64,000 nucleotides of DNA, taken from a virus. Taxonomy: Duplodnaviria > Caudoviricetes. The stretch spans positions 364,321 to 428,320 of IMG/VR virus record IMGVR_UViG_3300014208_000023; one strand, given 5' to 3'. The notes beneath the pieces were generated by a model. The model was not told where the DNA came from. It searched no databases and worked only from the letters and a program-made list of their open reading frames with translations. Shown here in pieces: positions 32,897 to 41,520 of this stretch (position 1 is its first letter; every line of letters starts with the position of its first letter). The position numbers were made by a program, and so were the translations under genes.

Positions 32897-33991
32897 TCAT
32901 TTAATCCCAAGCTTGTAAAAAACTCGCGTATAGGGCTTGAAGATATGGTGCGTCGGAACAACTCCAACACTCTTCCAGGCTTCGCGAACTGCCTTATACT
33001 CTACACCAGTTCCGTAAAGCTCAATGGCGGTTTGAGTAGTGGCGTCCGCCATCTCCTTGAAATTGGAGCGCTCATTAAGCTTTGGTCCGGTAAGGGTCTC
33101 ATACCAGATTTTGCCAGTCTTTTCCCAGGCATAACCGCCGATATTGATCGCCGCCTCGTGGAAGGCCTTGTTAGGAATGCCGGAGTTGATATGGACTCCA
33201 CCATTGTCGTCTCCTCCAGTGTAAAGATCCTTCATGTGGGCCGGCTGACGATCCTTGCCGATGACCTTATCGTCATAAGCAGTGCCAGGCGCTTTCATAG
33301 AACGAATACCTACTCCGTTAATCTTATCGGTGAATAGACCTTCACCGATAATCCAATTGGCTTTATCAGCAGTCTGATTGCCAACGTGCTGTTTTACCAG
33401 CGATCCGAACACGTCAGAGAAGTGTTCATTAAGGGCTCCAGACTGGCCATAATATTCCAGTCCAGCCGTGTGCTCCGTTACACCATGAGTAAGCTCGTGG
33501 GCAACAACATCTAGAATTGTGAAGGGATTGAAAATCTCACCATCACCGTCGCCATAAGTCATCGAGCGTCCATTCCAAAACGCATTGGGATACTTGTGGC
33601 CAAAATGGACTGTCGAATGAAGGTGGAATCCCTTGTTATCAATTGAGTCTCGCTTGAAAAACTTCCTGAAGAACTCGTGGGTATGGCCAGAGAAATCATA
33701 AGCCTCATCAACCTGCTTGTCGCCCTTTGACCTCGTGCCTTCTTCTCGAACTACCTTACCAGGAAGAGACTGGCGATTCTCTGCATCATAGACCGTCCTG
33801 GCAATCTGGCCAGCTCTGCTGAGATACGGATCGGTATTACGTTCGGCCTTAAACCTTCCATCTGCCGCTCCTTCATTAAGGAGGAGGCCGGGAACATCAG
33901 AAATGAGGGGCTGAATAAAAAGCTTTCCAATTTCGGCAGGGGCATTGGCGAAAATAGTGCGAGCCATATACGAAGGAATGATTAGACACAT
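32897..33991 (-). CDS. M4 metalloprotease, protealysin type
   Basis: N-terminal CLIIPSYM propeptide, NAFWNG, VAHELTHGV, GALNEHFSD, DNGGVHINSGIPN. Confidence 0.93.
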   Translation of the reverse strand: MCLIIPSYMARTIFANAPAEIGKLFIQPLISDVPGLLLNEGAADGRFKAERNTDPYLSRAGQIARTVYDAENRQSLPGKVVREEGTRSKGDKQVDEAYDFSGHTHEFFRKFFKRDSIDNKGFHLHSTVHFGHKYPNAFWNGRSMTYGDGDGEIFNPFTILDVVAHELTHGVTEHTAGLEYYGQSGALNEHFSDVFGSLVKQHVGNQTADKANWIIGEGLFTDKINGVGIRSMKAPGTAYDDKVIGKDRQPAHMKDLYTGGDDNGGVHINSGIPNKAFHEAAINIGGYAWEKTGKIWYETLTGPKLNERSNFKEMADATTQTAIELYGTGVEYKAVREAWKSVGVVPTHHIFKPYTRVFYKLGIK

Positions 33992-34023
33992 TTGATGATT
34001 TTCTTTCGGTGTGAGAGATATAT

Positions 34024-34257
34024 TCAGCGAGAAATGATTAGTCTATTGCCGTTCTTAAGTAGTCTTGTTTTGGGAGACAAGAAGTCTGAATCCCAATATA
34101 GGATCTTTGCCAATCCTTTGGGCCATGGCTTGTAAAGATCCTCTTCAAACCAAACTACCTGATAGTAGTATGAGTTAGCAGTATCCTTGAGAACATCATA
34201 GATATATCCGAACCTATGATCTTCTCTTATCTTTACTATGTCACCAACTTCATACAT
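34024..34257 (-). CDS. small SH3/KOW-like protein
   Basis: MYEVGDIVKI...FGYIYDV...YQVVWF. Confidence 0.65.
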   Translation of the reverse strand: MYEVGDIVKIREDHRFGYIYDVLKDTANSYYYQVVWFEEDLYKPWPKGLAKILYWDSDFLSPKTRLLKNGNRLIISR

Positions 34258-34400
34258 ATTAGTTATTTGACTTAAGAGCCTTAACTGACGATCTTACTAT
34301 GCGCATAATTTCTTTAACGACTATATAAATCGGCAAAACAACTACTAGAACGCAAACGCCAAAAATTCTTTGAAGAGATTCTTTAGCTGAAAGCTTCTCA

Positions 34401-34634
34401 TCATATTCTGGAAACTGATTTTTCGAGTCTTTCATTTAGTAAATCTCTATATGTTGGATTGTTTAGTAGTGGGAAAAGCCGGTCTTCAAATGCTGAAATA
34501 TGATCGGCAAGAACTTTCAATTCCTCGATTGAGGAGGGGTCAAGACTATCTTTGGACCATAGCTCTTCAAACCTATCAAGAACAAGAGGATAATTGTCAT
34601 TACATACAATTAGTGTCATTTTGACATCTAGCAT
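34401..34634 (-). CDS. HigA-antitoxin N-terminal-like protein lacking HTH
   Basis: YPLVLDRFEELW...EELKVLADHISAFEDRLFP resembles HigA N-terminus. Confidence 0.5.
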   Translation of the reverse strand: MLDVKMTLIVCNDNYPLVLDRFEELWSKDSLDPSSIEELKVLADHISAFEDRLFPLLNNPTYRDLLNERLEKSVSRI

Positions 34635-35131
34635 ATATATTTGATGTAAGCTACGTCTGGAGCAACATTTCTAAACGTTCCGTCTCTATCAGGAAGATAT
34701 TTGAATCCATTACCCTCAAAGAAGTTTCTTGCTAGAGTATTGCCCCTCAATATTCTAACCATTACTGGTTTGGCCACTGGGAATATACGCTCCGCTTCAT
34801 ATAGCAGAATTGTTCCAAGACCACTACCTCTAGCTCGTTTAGAGATGAATAGGGAATATATTTCGTTCTCTCTTGGATGGAGAGTCTCTCTGGTGGAGCC
34901 GAAAGCGCAATACCCTACGGCATAATGCTTGTCGTCGGTTGCCATAAGAATGGAGCCGCCCTGCTTAATGGTGGTTTCGGCTCGCTCGATCTGCTTCTCA
35001 AGATCGATTGACTGAAGAAATTCTTCTGATACTAGCCCTTTGTATGTGTCCTGAAAGCAGGAATACCCGATAGATGCGATGGAAGCTGCGTCATTTATAT
35101 TGGCAGGGCGTATGTTGAATAGCGTATTCAT
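34628..35131 (-). CDS. GNAT acetyltransferase
   Basis: IRPA, EIYSLFISKRARGSGLGTIL, NTLARNFFEGNGF. Confidence 0.88.
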   Translation of the reverse strand: MNTLFNIRPANINDAASIASIGYSCFQDTYKGLVSEEFLQSIDLEKQIERAETTIKQGGSILMATDDKHYAVGYCAFGSTRETLHPRENEIYSLFISKRARGSGLGTILLYEAERIFPVAKPVMVRILRGNTLARNFFEGNGFKYLPDRDGTFRNVAPDVAYIKYIC

Positions 35132-35475
35132 TATGCTTTACTTTGTTTCGGAGCCACTGAATGACCACAATGGTTACAGTCCATCTCGCGATAATTCGAG
35201 ACGGATCCGTTTTGAGGACGATTAGCTTCAGGATGAATACTGACTCGAACAGTTTCGAGTTTTTTTACTTTTTTTGGTTTATTGATCCAATCAGTAATAT
35301 TCAGCCTCAATACGTTTAAGTTTATTCCGGCCACAACAAAAATTAAAACCGGCCAAAATAGTGACCCGGCAGCTACGTCTCCCGGATGTGAAGATTTTTC
35401 AGAACCAAAAAATCCACTAAAAAGAAAACATAATAAAGATATTGCTAGATAGCCAGCTACGTAATACTTAATCAT
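35131..35475 (-). CDS. membrane protein with C-terminal CxxC
   Basis: 114 aa. Confidence 0.65.
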   Translation of the reverse strand: MIKYYVAGYLAISLLCFLFSGFFGSEKSSHPGDVAAGSLFWPVLIFVVAGINLNVLRLNITDWINKPKKVKKLETVRVSIHPEANRPQNGSVSNYREMDCNHCGHSVAPKQSKA

Positions 35476-35493
35476 TTGGATACTGCTTCACAT

Positions 35494-35522
35494 AATGTAA
35501 GGACGGACGACGCCGGGCGCAA
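35494..35522 (-). promoter_or_regulatory. sigma70-type promoter
   Basis: TTGCGC-17-TACATT. Confidence 0.65.
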
Positions 35523-35560
35523 GGGGCGGCTGGCGATTCAAGAACTATGCCAAGACACAA

Positions 35561-35824
35561 TCAGGACTCATCGAAATCTGTATCATACAAGTCGGAGTCA
35601 TCCAATGTCTTATCGTTATCGTAACCAGTTTCGCAGTAATCATACTCACAACAAGGAACTAATCTTCCTGCCTCATCGCGGTATTCAATATCTGTATCTG
35701 AATCTATATTGCACGAACAACCCCTACTAACGCAATCTTCGCAAAAATGTCGATCGCTATCTTTGCCATCGGAAGGGGTATATACCCACACCGCTAGCTG
35801 CCTACATTTGCATCTGATTTTCAT
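35561..35824 (-). CDS. Cys-rich hypothetical protein
   Basis: CKC...FCEDCVSRGCSC...PCCEY. Confidence 0.7.
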   Translation of the reverse strand: MKIRCKCRQLAVWVYTPSDGKDSDRHFCEDCVSRGCSCNIDSDTDIEYRDEAGRLVPCCEYDYCETGYDNDKTLDDSDLYDTDFDES

Positions 35825-36159
35825 TTTAGCTTAAATATCTTTACGGTTCTTATATCGCTTGGATATAAGATATATGTATATCTGTATAATTTATTATGTA
35901 TAGAATTTGCCGGAGTCATACCATAACCTATTGGATTAGATATTGGAACGCCAATAATAGGGTATGCCGGTCTTTTTGACGAAATTGAAGAATTATGAAT
36001 ATCAATTATTGGGAAATTAAATTGATGTTCCGTTAAGTCTGAAGTCGGACCGTACGAACTTGGCATGCCGTGACTATCAGTGCGTGAGACACGAAAACAT
36101 ACTCTTGCTATGTCTCCGACTTTAGCATTGAGTATGCATCCAAGAGATTTATCTTCCAT
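35821..36159 (-). CDS. C-x6-GD family protein
   Basis: GCILNAKVGD...VKIFKLK. Confidence 0.75.
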   Translation of the reverse strand: MEDKSLGCILNAKVGDIARVCFRVSRTDSHGMPSSYGPTSDLTEHQFNFPIIDIHNSSISSKRPAYPIIGVPISNPIGYGMTPANSIHNKLYRYTYILYPSDIRTVKIFKLK

Positions 36160-36487
36160 AATCGTCTTCTACCCTAACCACATCATCTAGTTGAGTTGTT
36201 GAAGCCTCAAGAACTTCGCAGTCCTCTTCGGCAATCATTCGGTGAATTGTGTTTGGAGTTATGTGAAAATTCATACCGGGCAACATCTTGATTGAATTGA
36301 TGCTATTGTCTGAATGAATTTCGAGGGTCATCTTGCCGGCATGAAGATAAACCGTCTCATCTTTCTCTTTGTGATACTGAAGAGATAATTTATGGCCCTT
36401 CTTAATGTTTAGAATCTTACCAACATATTGTTTGGTGTGGGCAAAAATAACTTCATATCCCCACGGCTTTTCTATTCTTGTCACCAT
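36149..36487 (-). CDS. cupin (mannose-6-P isomerase type II C-terminal-like)
   Basis: EKPWGYE, LSLQYHKEKDET, PNTIHRM, DDVVRVEDDYGR. Confidence 0.88.
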   Translation of the reverse strand: MVTRIEKPWGYEVIFAHTKQYVGKILNIKKGHKLSLQYHKEKDETVYLHAGKMTLEIHSDNSINSIKMLPGMNFHITPNTIHRMIAEEDCEVLEASTTQLDDVVRVEDDYGR

Positions 36488-36723
36488 ATTGCGTGTCCTA
36501 TATTTGGTTTTCTATAGATTTTATGAACTACATAAACCTCTGGATGAATTATTCTTTCTCCAAAAGGAGAAAGAACTGCCGGATAAAGTCCGGCCTGAGC
36601 GCTAAAAAGCGGGCCAACATATCGTTTGGTAACGATTTCTTTAGTTACGGCTTCAACTCCGAATCTATGCCTATACCTTATACGATCGCCTACTCTAGAA
36701 GATATTAGGCAATTAGAAATCAT
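36481..36723 (-). CDS. C-x6-GD family protein
   Basis: NCLISSRVGD...VHKIYRK. Confidence 0.7.
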   Translation of the reverse strand: MISNCLISSRVGDRIRYRHRFGVEAVTKEIVTKRYVGPLFSAQAGLYPAVLSPFGERIIHPEVYVVHKIYRKPNIGHAIW

Positions 36724-37193
36724 TATTGCTTTTTCTTACTCCAGAACATTTGGAGAATGCTACGATTAAGTATGTCGCTAACTAATCCTGGTCCGCCTAT
36801 TGTTTTTGAATAAAGAATTTCGCCTTCTATTGCTTGAATCTGAATTACGGTTCCATCTACTGGACGCTGCCATATTGATCCGCACTCCACTGTAAAAGGA
36901 TCGTTGCGGCTGAGCTTTTCATCTTCCACTCGTCTTAAATCGAATTGAAGGAACTTATACTTGGTGTCAAAATATATTGGAAGGTCCCAACTCCATTGCT
37001 TCATTGGGACTACTTTATCTTCTACGATATAGAGGTTGTTTTCTTCCGTAAGAATATTTAATATATACCTTAAAAACTCCATTCTCTCGAAGAAGTTTTC
37101 GCCTTCCAAATCCTGATATTGGACCACAATATTAGTGATATAATTTACTTCGGTCTTCTTGACTTCGTGCAGAATCTCTTCTATAAGTTTCAT
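36723..37193 (-). CDS. hypothetical protein
   Basis: 156 aa. Confidence 0.7.
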   Translation of the reverse strand: MKLIEEILHEVKKTEVNYITNIVVQYQDLEGENFFERMEFLRYILNILTEENNLYIVEDKVVPMKQWSWDLPIYFDTKYKFLQFDLRRVEDEKLSRNDPFTVECGSIWQRPVDGTVIQIQAIEGEILYSKTIGGPGLVSDILNRSILQMFWSKKKQ

Positions 37194-37420
37194 TTTTTCT
37201 TTATGATTTTAGTTGGCTTATCGAGCGTTGGGTGCAAGAGCGATCTGCTACCCTCAATATAAACAATTGGAACCGATGTTAGGTTACCTAAATCATCCCT
37301 ATATGAATCTGACCACTCAATTATGGATCCAATAAATCTCACTTCGTAAGCCGTAAAATGAACAACATCTCCTCGCACTACCTTTTTGAGGCAGGGATGT
37401 AGGCCAGGTGCGAAGTTCAT
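37190..37420 (-). CDS. C-x6-GD family protein
   Basis: PCLKKVVRGD...KIIKKK. Confidence 0.75.
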   Translation of the reverse strand: MNFAPGLHPCLKKVVRGDVVHFTAYEVRFIGSIIEWSDSYRDDLGNLTSVPIVYIEGSRSLLHPTLDKPTKIIKKK

Positions 37421-37701
37421 ACCGACAATCTCTTTATGGTTGTGTTAAAAGTTTTTGATATATCTTGTGCTGTCATATTTGCTATGAGGCTTTTCTTATA
37501 AATCTTTTTTACCTTGGAACGAACAATCATAATGTCTGGCCCACCAATTAATGGCCTACTAATAGGAAAGCATCCGGGCGCTCTAGAAATAACTATATAA
37601 TGTGCCGTATAGCCAAGATCCTTATTGGCTAGAAGCCCTAGATAATCGGTGCATAAAACAAGTATGTCACCTGGCGCTGTCGATAAAAGACACGAAATCA
37701 T
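37417..37701 (-). CDS. C-x6-GD family protein
   Basis: SCLLSTAPGD. Confidence 0.7.
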   Translation of the reverse strand: MISCLLSTAPGDILVLCTDYLGLLANKDLGYTAHYIVISRAPGCFPISRPLIGGPDIMIVRSKVKKIYKKSLIANMTAQDISKTFNTTIKRLSV

Positions 37702-37952
37702 TTTGATAGCTTCTTTATCTTTACAATATAAGATATGTGTCCAATATATATATAGACTTCATCATCACGAATTCTTACTACTGGCATATAATGCGGACTT
37801 GGTTTAGATCCGAAGCTAGGAATATGAAATCCCACTACTGGATAATCAAAAATCCGTCCCCCGTTAGGGGACTGCCAAACAATAACGTCTCCGACTTTGC
37901 AGTTATAAAGGCATTTCAACTTCTGATGGTAACCCGTATTCAATGACTTCAT
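37698..37952 (-). CDS. C-x6-GD family protein
   Basis: KCLYNCKVGD...IVKIKKLSK. Confidence 0.75.
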   Translation of the reverse strand: MKSLNTGYHQKLKCLYNCKVGDVIVWQSPNGGRIFDYPVVGFHIPSFGSKPSPHYMPVVRIRDDEVYIYIGHISYIVKIKKLSK

Positions 37953-38078
37953 ATGTACCGCCTGGGTGATCTACTTGAGATATTGTCCGTAGAGTTTCTG
38001 GTTTGGAACTATTATCGGAATTTTTCTTTGTTGAAAGAAATTTCTTAAGCTCATTCTTAAGTAGATTTTTGCGCTTAT

Positions 38079-38297
38079 TCATTTTGATTTGATGATAGTA
38101 AATTTCTTAAAGTGATACTCATTAAACAAACATTCTTGAGAAAGATAATCATCTTCCATAAACTGCTTTACTACAACATAGCGTATATTGCCACCATCAT
38201 ATACAAATCTAGTAAATACATATTTCACTTGACCGGAAGAACGCAGATCGGCAGCTATAGTATCGCCTACCTTTAGTTTTAAAAGGCACTTATGCAT
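38079..38297 (-). CDS. C-x6-GD family protein
   Basis: KCLLKLKVGD...TIIKSK. Confidence 0.75.
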   Translation of the reverse strand: MHKCLLKLKVGDTIAADLRSSGQVKYVFTRFVYDGGNIRYVVVKQFMEDDYLSQECLFNEYHFKKFTIIKSK

Positions 38298-38535
38298 TAT
38301 ACGGTGCCGGCGTAGCTTTTTTTATTCCTCGAACCAAATATTCCTCAATGGCAACCGTAGGGGCATTCCACCATTTTATGTGTGGCTCACCGCCACGAAT
38401 TGCTATTACTTCACGATCCTCAAGGGAATTTTTTTCATACGGATTTACATCGGCAGGGACAACGTATCCTCGCGAATCAAAAAGGAGAGATAGCTTATCT
38501 CCAACTTTTATTTTTGAGTAGCAGGAAGATGACAT
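38290..38535 (-). CDS. C-x6-GD family protein
   Basis: SCYSKIKVGD...RGIKKA. Confidence 0.75.
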   Translation of the reverse strand: MSSSCYSKIKVGDKLSLLFDSRGYVVPADVNPYEKNSLEDREVIAIRGGEPHIKWWNAPTVAIEEYLVRGIKKATPAPYNA

Positions 38536-38726
38536 TGTTTTTTAGCTTTAGTAATTTTTGTAACCTTAAGATAGGTCATATTATATAATATACCATTAAT
38601 GTCAAACATAAACAACTCTTCATATGAAGAAAGATATGACCTAAATATAATTTTAGGGCTACTATCTACACAAGAATTATGAATTACGTCTCCTTTAGAG
38701 AGGCGAAATAGGCATGAATGAATCAT
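38508..38726 (-). CDS. C-x6-GD family protein
   Basis: SCLFRLSKGD...VTKITKAKK. Confidence 0.75.
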   Translation of the reverse strand: MIHSCLFRLSKGDVIHNSCVDSSPKIIFRSYLSSYEELFMFDINGILYNMTYLKVTKITKAKKQCHLPATQK

Positions 38727-38978
38727 TTACTTCTTTGCCTTCTTAATTCTTAAGATCAAGTATGGCGATATCGTATAAAATATAATTTCATTTATATTAT
38801 CGCGGCTCATAGATACTGGGGCTCCGTTCCTAACTTCTATAACTGGATAGATCCCAACAGAATTTGTTACCTCTATTCCTCTGGCGCGATCGAAGGTATA
38901 GCCAATCAAAAGCCCTTCATAGCGCATTGCTATGTATAGCACATCGCCTACTTTGATATTTTTGATACAAGAGAGCAT
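38727..38978 (-). CDS. C-x6-GD family protein
   Basis: SCIKNIKVGD...ILRIKKAKK. Confidence 0.75.
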   Translation of the reverse strand: MLSCIKNIKVGDVLYIAMRYEGLLIGYTFDRARGIEVTNSVGIYPVIEVRNGAPVSMSRDNINEIIFYTISPYLILRIKKAKK

Positions 38979-39181
38979 TTAATTATTCTATCTATTCCGC
39001 CGCCTTTAGCTTTTATATATCGATCATAAAAAGTGCCAATATAATATAGCTTCGTTTCAACTGCGGTAATGGATTGTCCATTATAAATGGAATCTACTCT
39101 GAATTGCTGCCCATTGCTCCAAACAATGATGTCGCCAATCTTGCAGTTTTTGAGACAATCTCTCTTTTTAGGCTCGCTCAT
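38948..39181 (-). CDS. C-x6-GD family protein
   Basis: DCLKNCKIGD...IDRIIKC; start revised to 39181. Confidence 0.75.
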   Translation of the reverse strand: MSEPKKRDCLKNCKIGDIIVWSNGQQFRVDSIYNGQSITAVETKLYYIGTFYDRYIKAKGGGIDRIIKCSLVSKISK

Positions 39182-39426
39182 TTTTGAGTGTATTTTTTTA
39201 TACGAACAATAGACTCGTGCCATTGAGGTGTTACTAGATACCAGTAACCACCAACAACTCCTTTAGATACATATGGTAGCCATGGACTATGATCATAGCT
39301 ATAGCCAATCACATACCATATATCGGTGTGAGTTGGCGGAATTGGGTCAGGGATCCAAAAATTATTTCCATCCATAGCGATGGCTATTTCATCTCCAACT
39401 TTTATGTTCTCAAAACAAGACTTCAT
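39178..39426 (-). CDS. C-x6-GD family protein
   Basis: SCFENIKVGD...IVRIKKY. Confidence 0.75.
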   Translation of the reverse strand: MKSCFENIKVGDEIAIAMDGNNFWIPDPIPPTHTDIWYVIGYSYDHSPWLPYVSKGVVGGYWYLVTPQWHESIVRIKKYTQK

Positions 39427-39617
39427 TTTTTTGACTTAATAATCTTGCTTATAGTATGAATGTGGGAGCCGTCAAAGTATCCTCCTGGCTCTCCAGATAG
39501 AGCATGGTTTGTCCAAACTTTACCAGTAGCAGAATCATTATCTACGACTAGATATCCTCTGCCAGATTTGCAGATCAGAATATCTCCAAACTTACACTTG
39601 GCTAGACAAGACTTCAT
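39423..39617 (-). CDS. C-x6-GD family protein
   Basis: SCLAKCKFGD...ISKIIKSKK. Confidence 0.75.
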   Translation of the reverse strand: MKSCLAKCKFGDILICKSGRGYLVVDNDSATGKVWTNHALSGEPGGYFDGSHIHTISKIIKSKK

Positions 39618-39793
39618 AACGAATCATTCCCAAGCTCCCATGTCAAGAAGCTTACCATCAGAATCAAACTCGAATACGGTAACGAAACCGGAGTAGCCAC
39701 GCTCTACGGAAAGCGATTTGCTCTTTCCATCATCAGCATTAGTGTGATCAATCTTGGCTCGCTCTAACATTGCCTGTAGGGCTTGAAGGTCTG

Positions 39794-40021
39794 TCATGAT
39801 TTTCTCTTAATTATTTTAAGTATGAAAGGCGCGCTGTTTCCGGTTATAACTACGGTTCCTTCATGCCAAACATGAAGCGGCTGCGAATCTACTGTTCCGA
39901 TAGCGTGACCGAAGTAATCAGGATGCCAGCCATGTAAATAATCAGTTGTTGCCTTATAGTTTAAGGAACCAAAACAAATGATATCTCCAGCCTTAATATT
40001 TTGGAAACAATGTTTGTTCAT
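39794..40021 (-). CDS. C-x6-GD family protein
   Basis: HCFQNIKAGD...ILKIIKRKS; start revised to 40021, after tRNA-Asn. Confidence 0.75.
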   Translation of the reverse strand: MNKHCFQNIKAGDIICFGSLNYKATTDYLHGWHPDYFGHAIGTVDSQPLHVWHEGTVVITGNSAPFILKIIKRKS

Positions 40022-40025
40022 TATA

Positions 40026-40112
40026 TGGCTCACTGGGCAGGGATCGAACCTGCGTTAGGATTGCTCCGTTACGGGTTAACAGCCCGCTGCCTGGCCTCTA
40101 GGCTACCAGTGA
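40026..40112 (-). tRNA. tRNA-Asn(GUU) with long (17-nt) variable arm, CCA encoded
   Basis: TCACTGG/CCAGTGA G CCA; GCGGG CT GTT AA CCCGT; variable AACGGAGCAATCCTAAC. Confidence 0.85.
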
Positions 40113-40144
40113 TCGTATTCAGCTTTTAAGGTGCTGCAACCTAG

Positions 40145-40227
40145 TACCGATGGTCGGACTTGAACCGACAAGCTTTTTAGGGCGGAAGATTTTGAGTCTC
40201 CAGTGTTTGCCATTTCACCACATCGGC
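40145..40227 (-). tRNA. tRNA-Leu(CAA)
   Basis: GCCGATG/CATCGGT A; TGGAGA CT CAA AA TCTTCC; long variable arm. Confidence 0.9.
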
Positions 40228-40253
40228 GTACGAAACTTATATATCCTAACTTA

Positions 40254-40463
40254 TCACAATCTATGATGAGCCATTATTATGGCAATCAATCTCACCCAGA
40301 CATCATCCTCTGATCCATAACACTTACTGAACTCACGAATATTACGCCCTCCTCCTTTGCTATCGTAGCTTCCGATGTAACTGAATCTTCCAGATAACAA
40401 TAATGGCTTATATCTTTCAATCAAAGTTTTACATAACCTTGATGGCGGAGGAACTGTGCTCAT
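40254..40463 (-). CDS. C-K-T-I family protein (start uncertain)
   Basis: RLCKTLIERYKP. Confidence 0.65.
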   Translation of the reverse strand: MSTVPPPSRLCKTLIERYKPLLLSGRFSYIGSYDSKGGGRNIREFSKCYGSEDDVWVRLIAIIMAHHRL

Positions 40464-40466
40464 GTC

Positions 40467-40495
40467 AATATAATACTCATTGGCGGTTTTGTCAA
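40467..40495 (-). promoter_or_regulatory. possible sigma70-type promoter
   Basis: TTGACA-17-TATATT. Confidence 0.5.
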
Positions 40496-40517
40496 GTGGC
40501 GCGCGGTCGATTTTCAA

Positions 40518-40808
40518 TTACCAAGCATTAAAAGTAATGCGTATATAATTTGAACTCGTCACCGCTCCGCTTCCAAAATACGCATTACTTGCTGTAGATT
40601 TTTTTATTGAAATAAGATAATTATTAAATCTTGTTTCTCTTTCTTCTTTAGGGAAGATTTTACTATCGCTGAACATGGCGGACTTAAGTGTAGATTGGCC
40701 TTCTGGAAGATAGAAGCCATACCAATGGTAACATCCGACATATCTAATAGCAACTTCACCAACTCGTGGCTTGTAAAGCTTATCTATTGTTTTGCAGAAA
40801 TTGCTCAT
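40518..40808 (-). CDS. C-K-T-I family protein
   Basis: FCKTIDKLYKP...FNNYL. Confidence 0.75.
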   Translation of the reverse strand: MSNFCKTIDKLYKPRVGEVAIRYVGCYHWYGFYLPEGQSTLKSAMFSDSKIFPKEERETRFNNYLISIKKSTASNAYFGSGAVTSSNYIRITFNAW

Positions 40809-40986
40809 TGCGTTTGTTCCGATAATTCTTAACCAAGATTTTATTGAAAGCTACTTCTGCTTTTTCAAAATCTGCTTGTTTTAGAAAAAAATAATCGCTA
40901 ATATATCTTGTGGTCCCTACAAATCCACCGCTGGTAGAAAATATTATTGGGTCACAGTATTGTTTTATTTTTTTACAGTAAGTCAT
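40780..40986 (-). CDS. C-K-T-I family protein
   Basis: YCKKIKQYCDP...FNKIL. Confidence 0.75.
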   Translation of the reverse strand: MTYCKKIKQYCDPIIFSTSGGFVGTTRYISDYFFLKQADFEKAEVAFNKILVKNYRNKRNEQFLQNNR

Positions 40987-41270
40987 GTGACCGTTTTTCC
41001 ACAGGTATCACACTTCAAGCTAGAGCCTATTTGATTATAGGATCCATATACTGCACATATTGCACAGTATCTATGATAATAGGTGCTATTAGTGATGCCG
41101 CTAACTAGCCACTTATTAAAAATGGCCATTCTTTTTTCTGGGTCCGGTTCGGTGCCCAACATCACACTGTTCAGGTTGCCGGCGACAAGAAAGTAACCAA
41201 CATAACTTTTGGCTGATTTTCTTATCGAAACAATTGGGCTATATTTTTTCTTTATTGTAGCGCAGAACAT
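40983..41270 (-). CDS. C-K-T-I family protein
   Basis: FCATIKKKYSP...FNKWL. Confidence 0.75.
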   Translation of the reverse strand: MFCATIKKKYSPIVSIRKSAKSYVGYFLVAGNLNSVMLGTEPDPEKRMAIFNKWLVSGITNSTYYHRYCAICAVYGSYNQIGSSLKCDTCGKTVT

Positions 41271-41271
41271 A

Positions 41272-41520
41272 TTATGTTCCCCAAACCATCGTTCCAGATT
41301 TCATCTTGGCGTCAGCAAAAATACTCATTATTAATTCGTCTTGTTTGTAGCGTTCAATGAGCCATTTATTAAACTCTACCCTGGCATCATCTAGATTAGT
41401 TATGCTGGCCGGAGAGCGTCGGCTTTTCTCTATGCCATCGATATAATAGAAGCCATATGTTCGGCCCATTATCGATACGACTGATGGCGAGTATTTTTCT
41501 TTAATAGTTTTGCAGAACAT
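41272..41520 (-). CDS. C-K-T-I family protein
   Basis: FCKTIKEKYSP...FNKWL. Confidence 0.75.
   Translation of the reverse strand: MFCKTIKEKYSPSVVSIMGRTYGFYYIDGIEKSRRSPASITNLDDARVEFNKWLIERYKQDELIMSIFADAKMKSGTMVWGT

Noticed and set aside
35821-40021. Diversity-generating retroelement behind the C-x6-GD array
   Set aside because: No reverse transcriptase and no near-identical template/variable repeat pair differing at adenines; the paralogs are diverged throughout.
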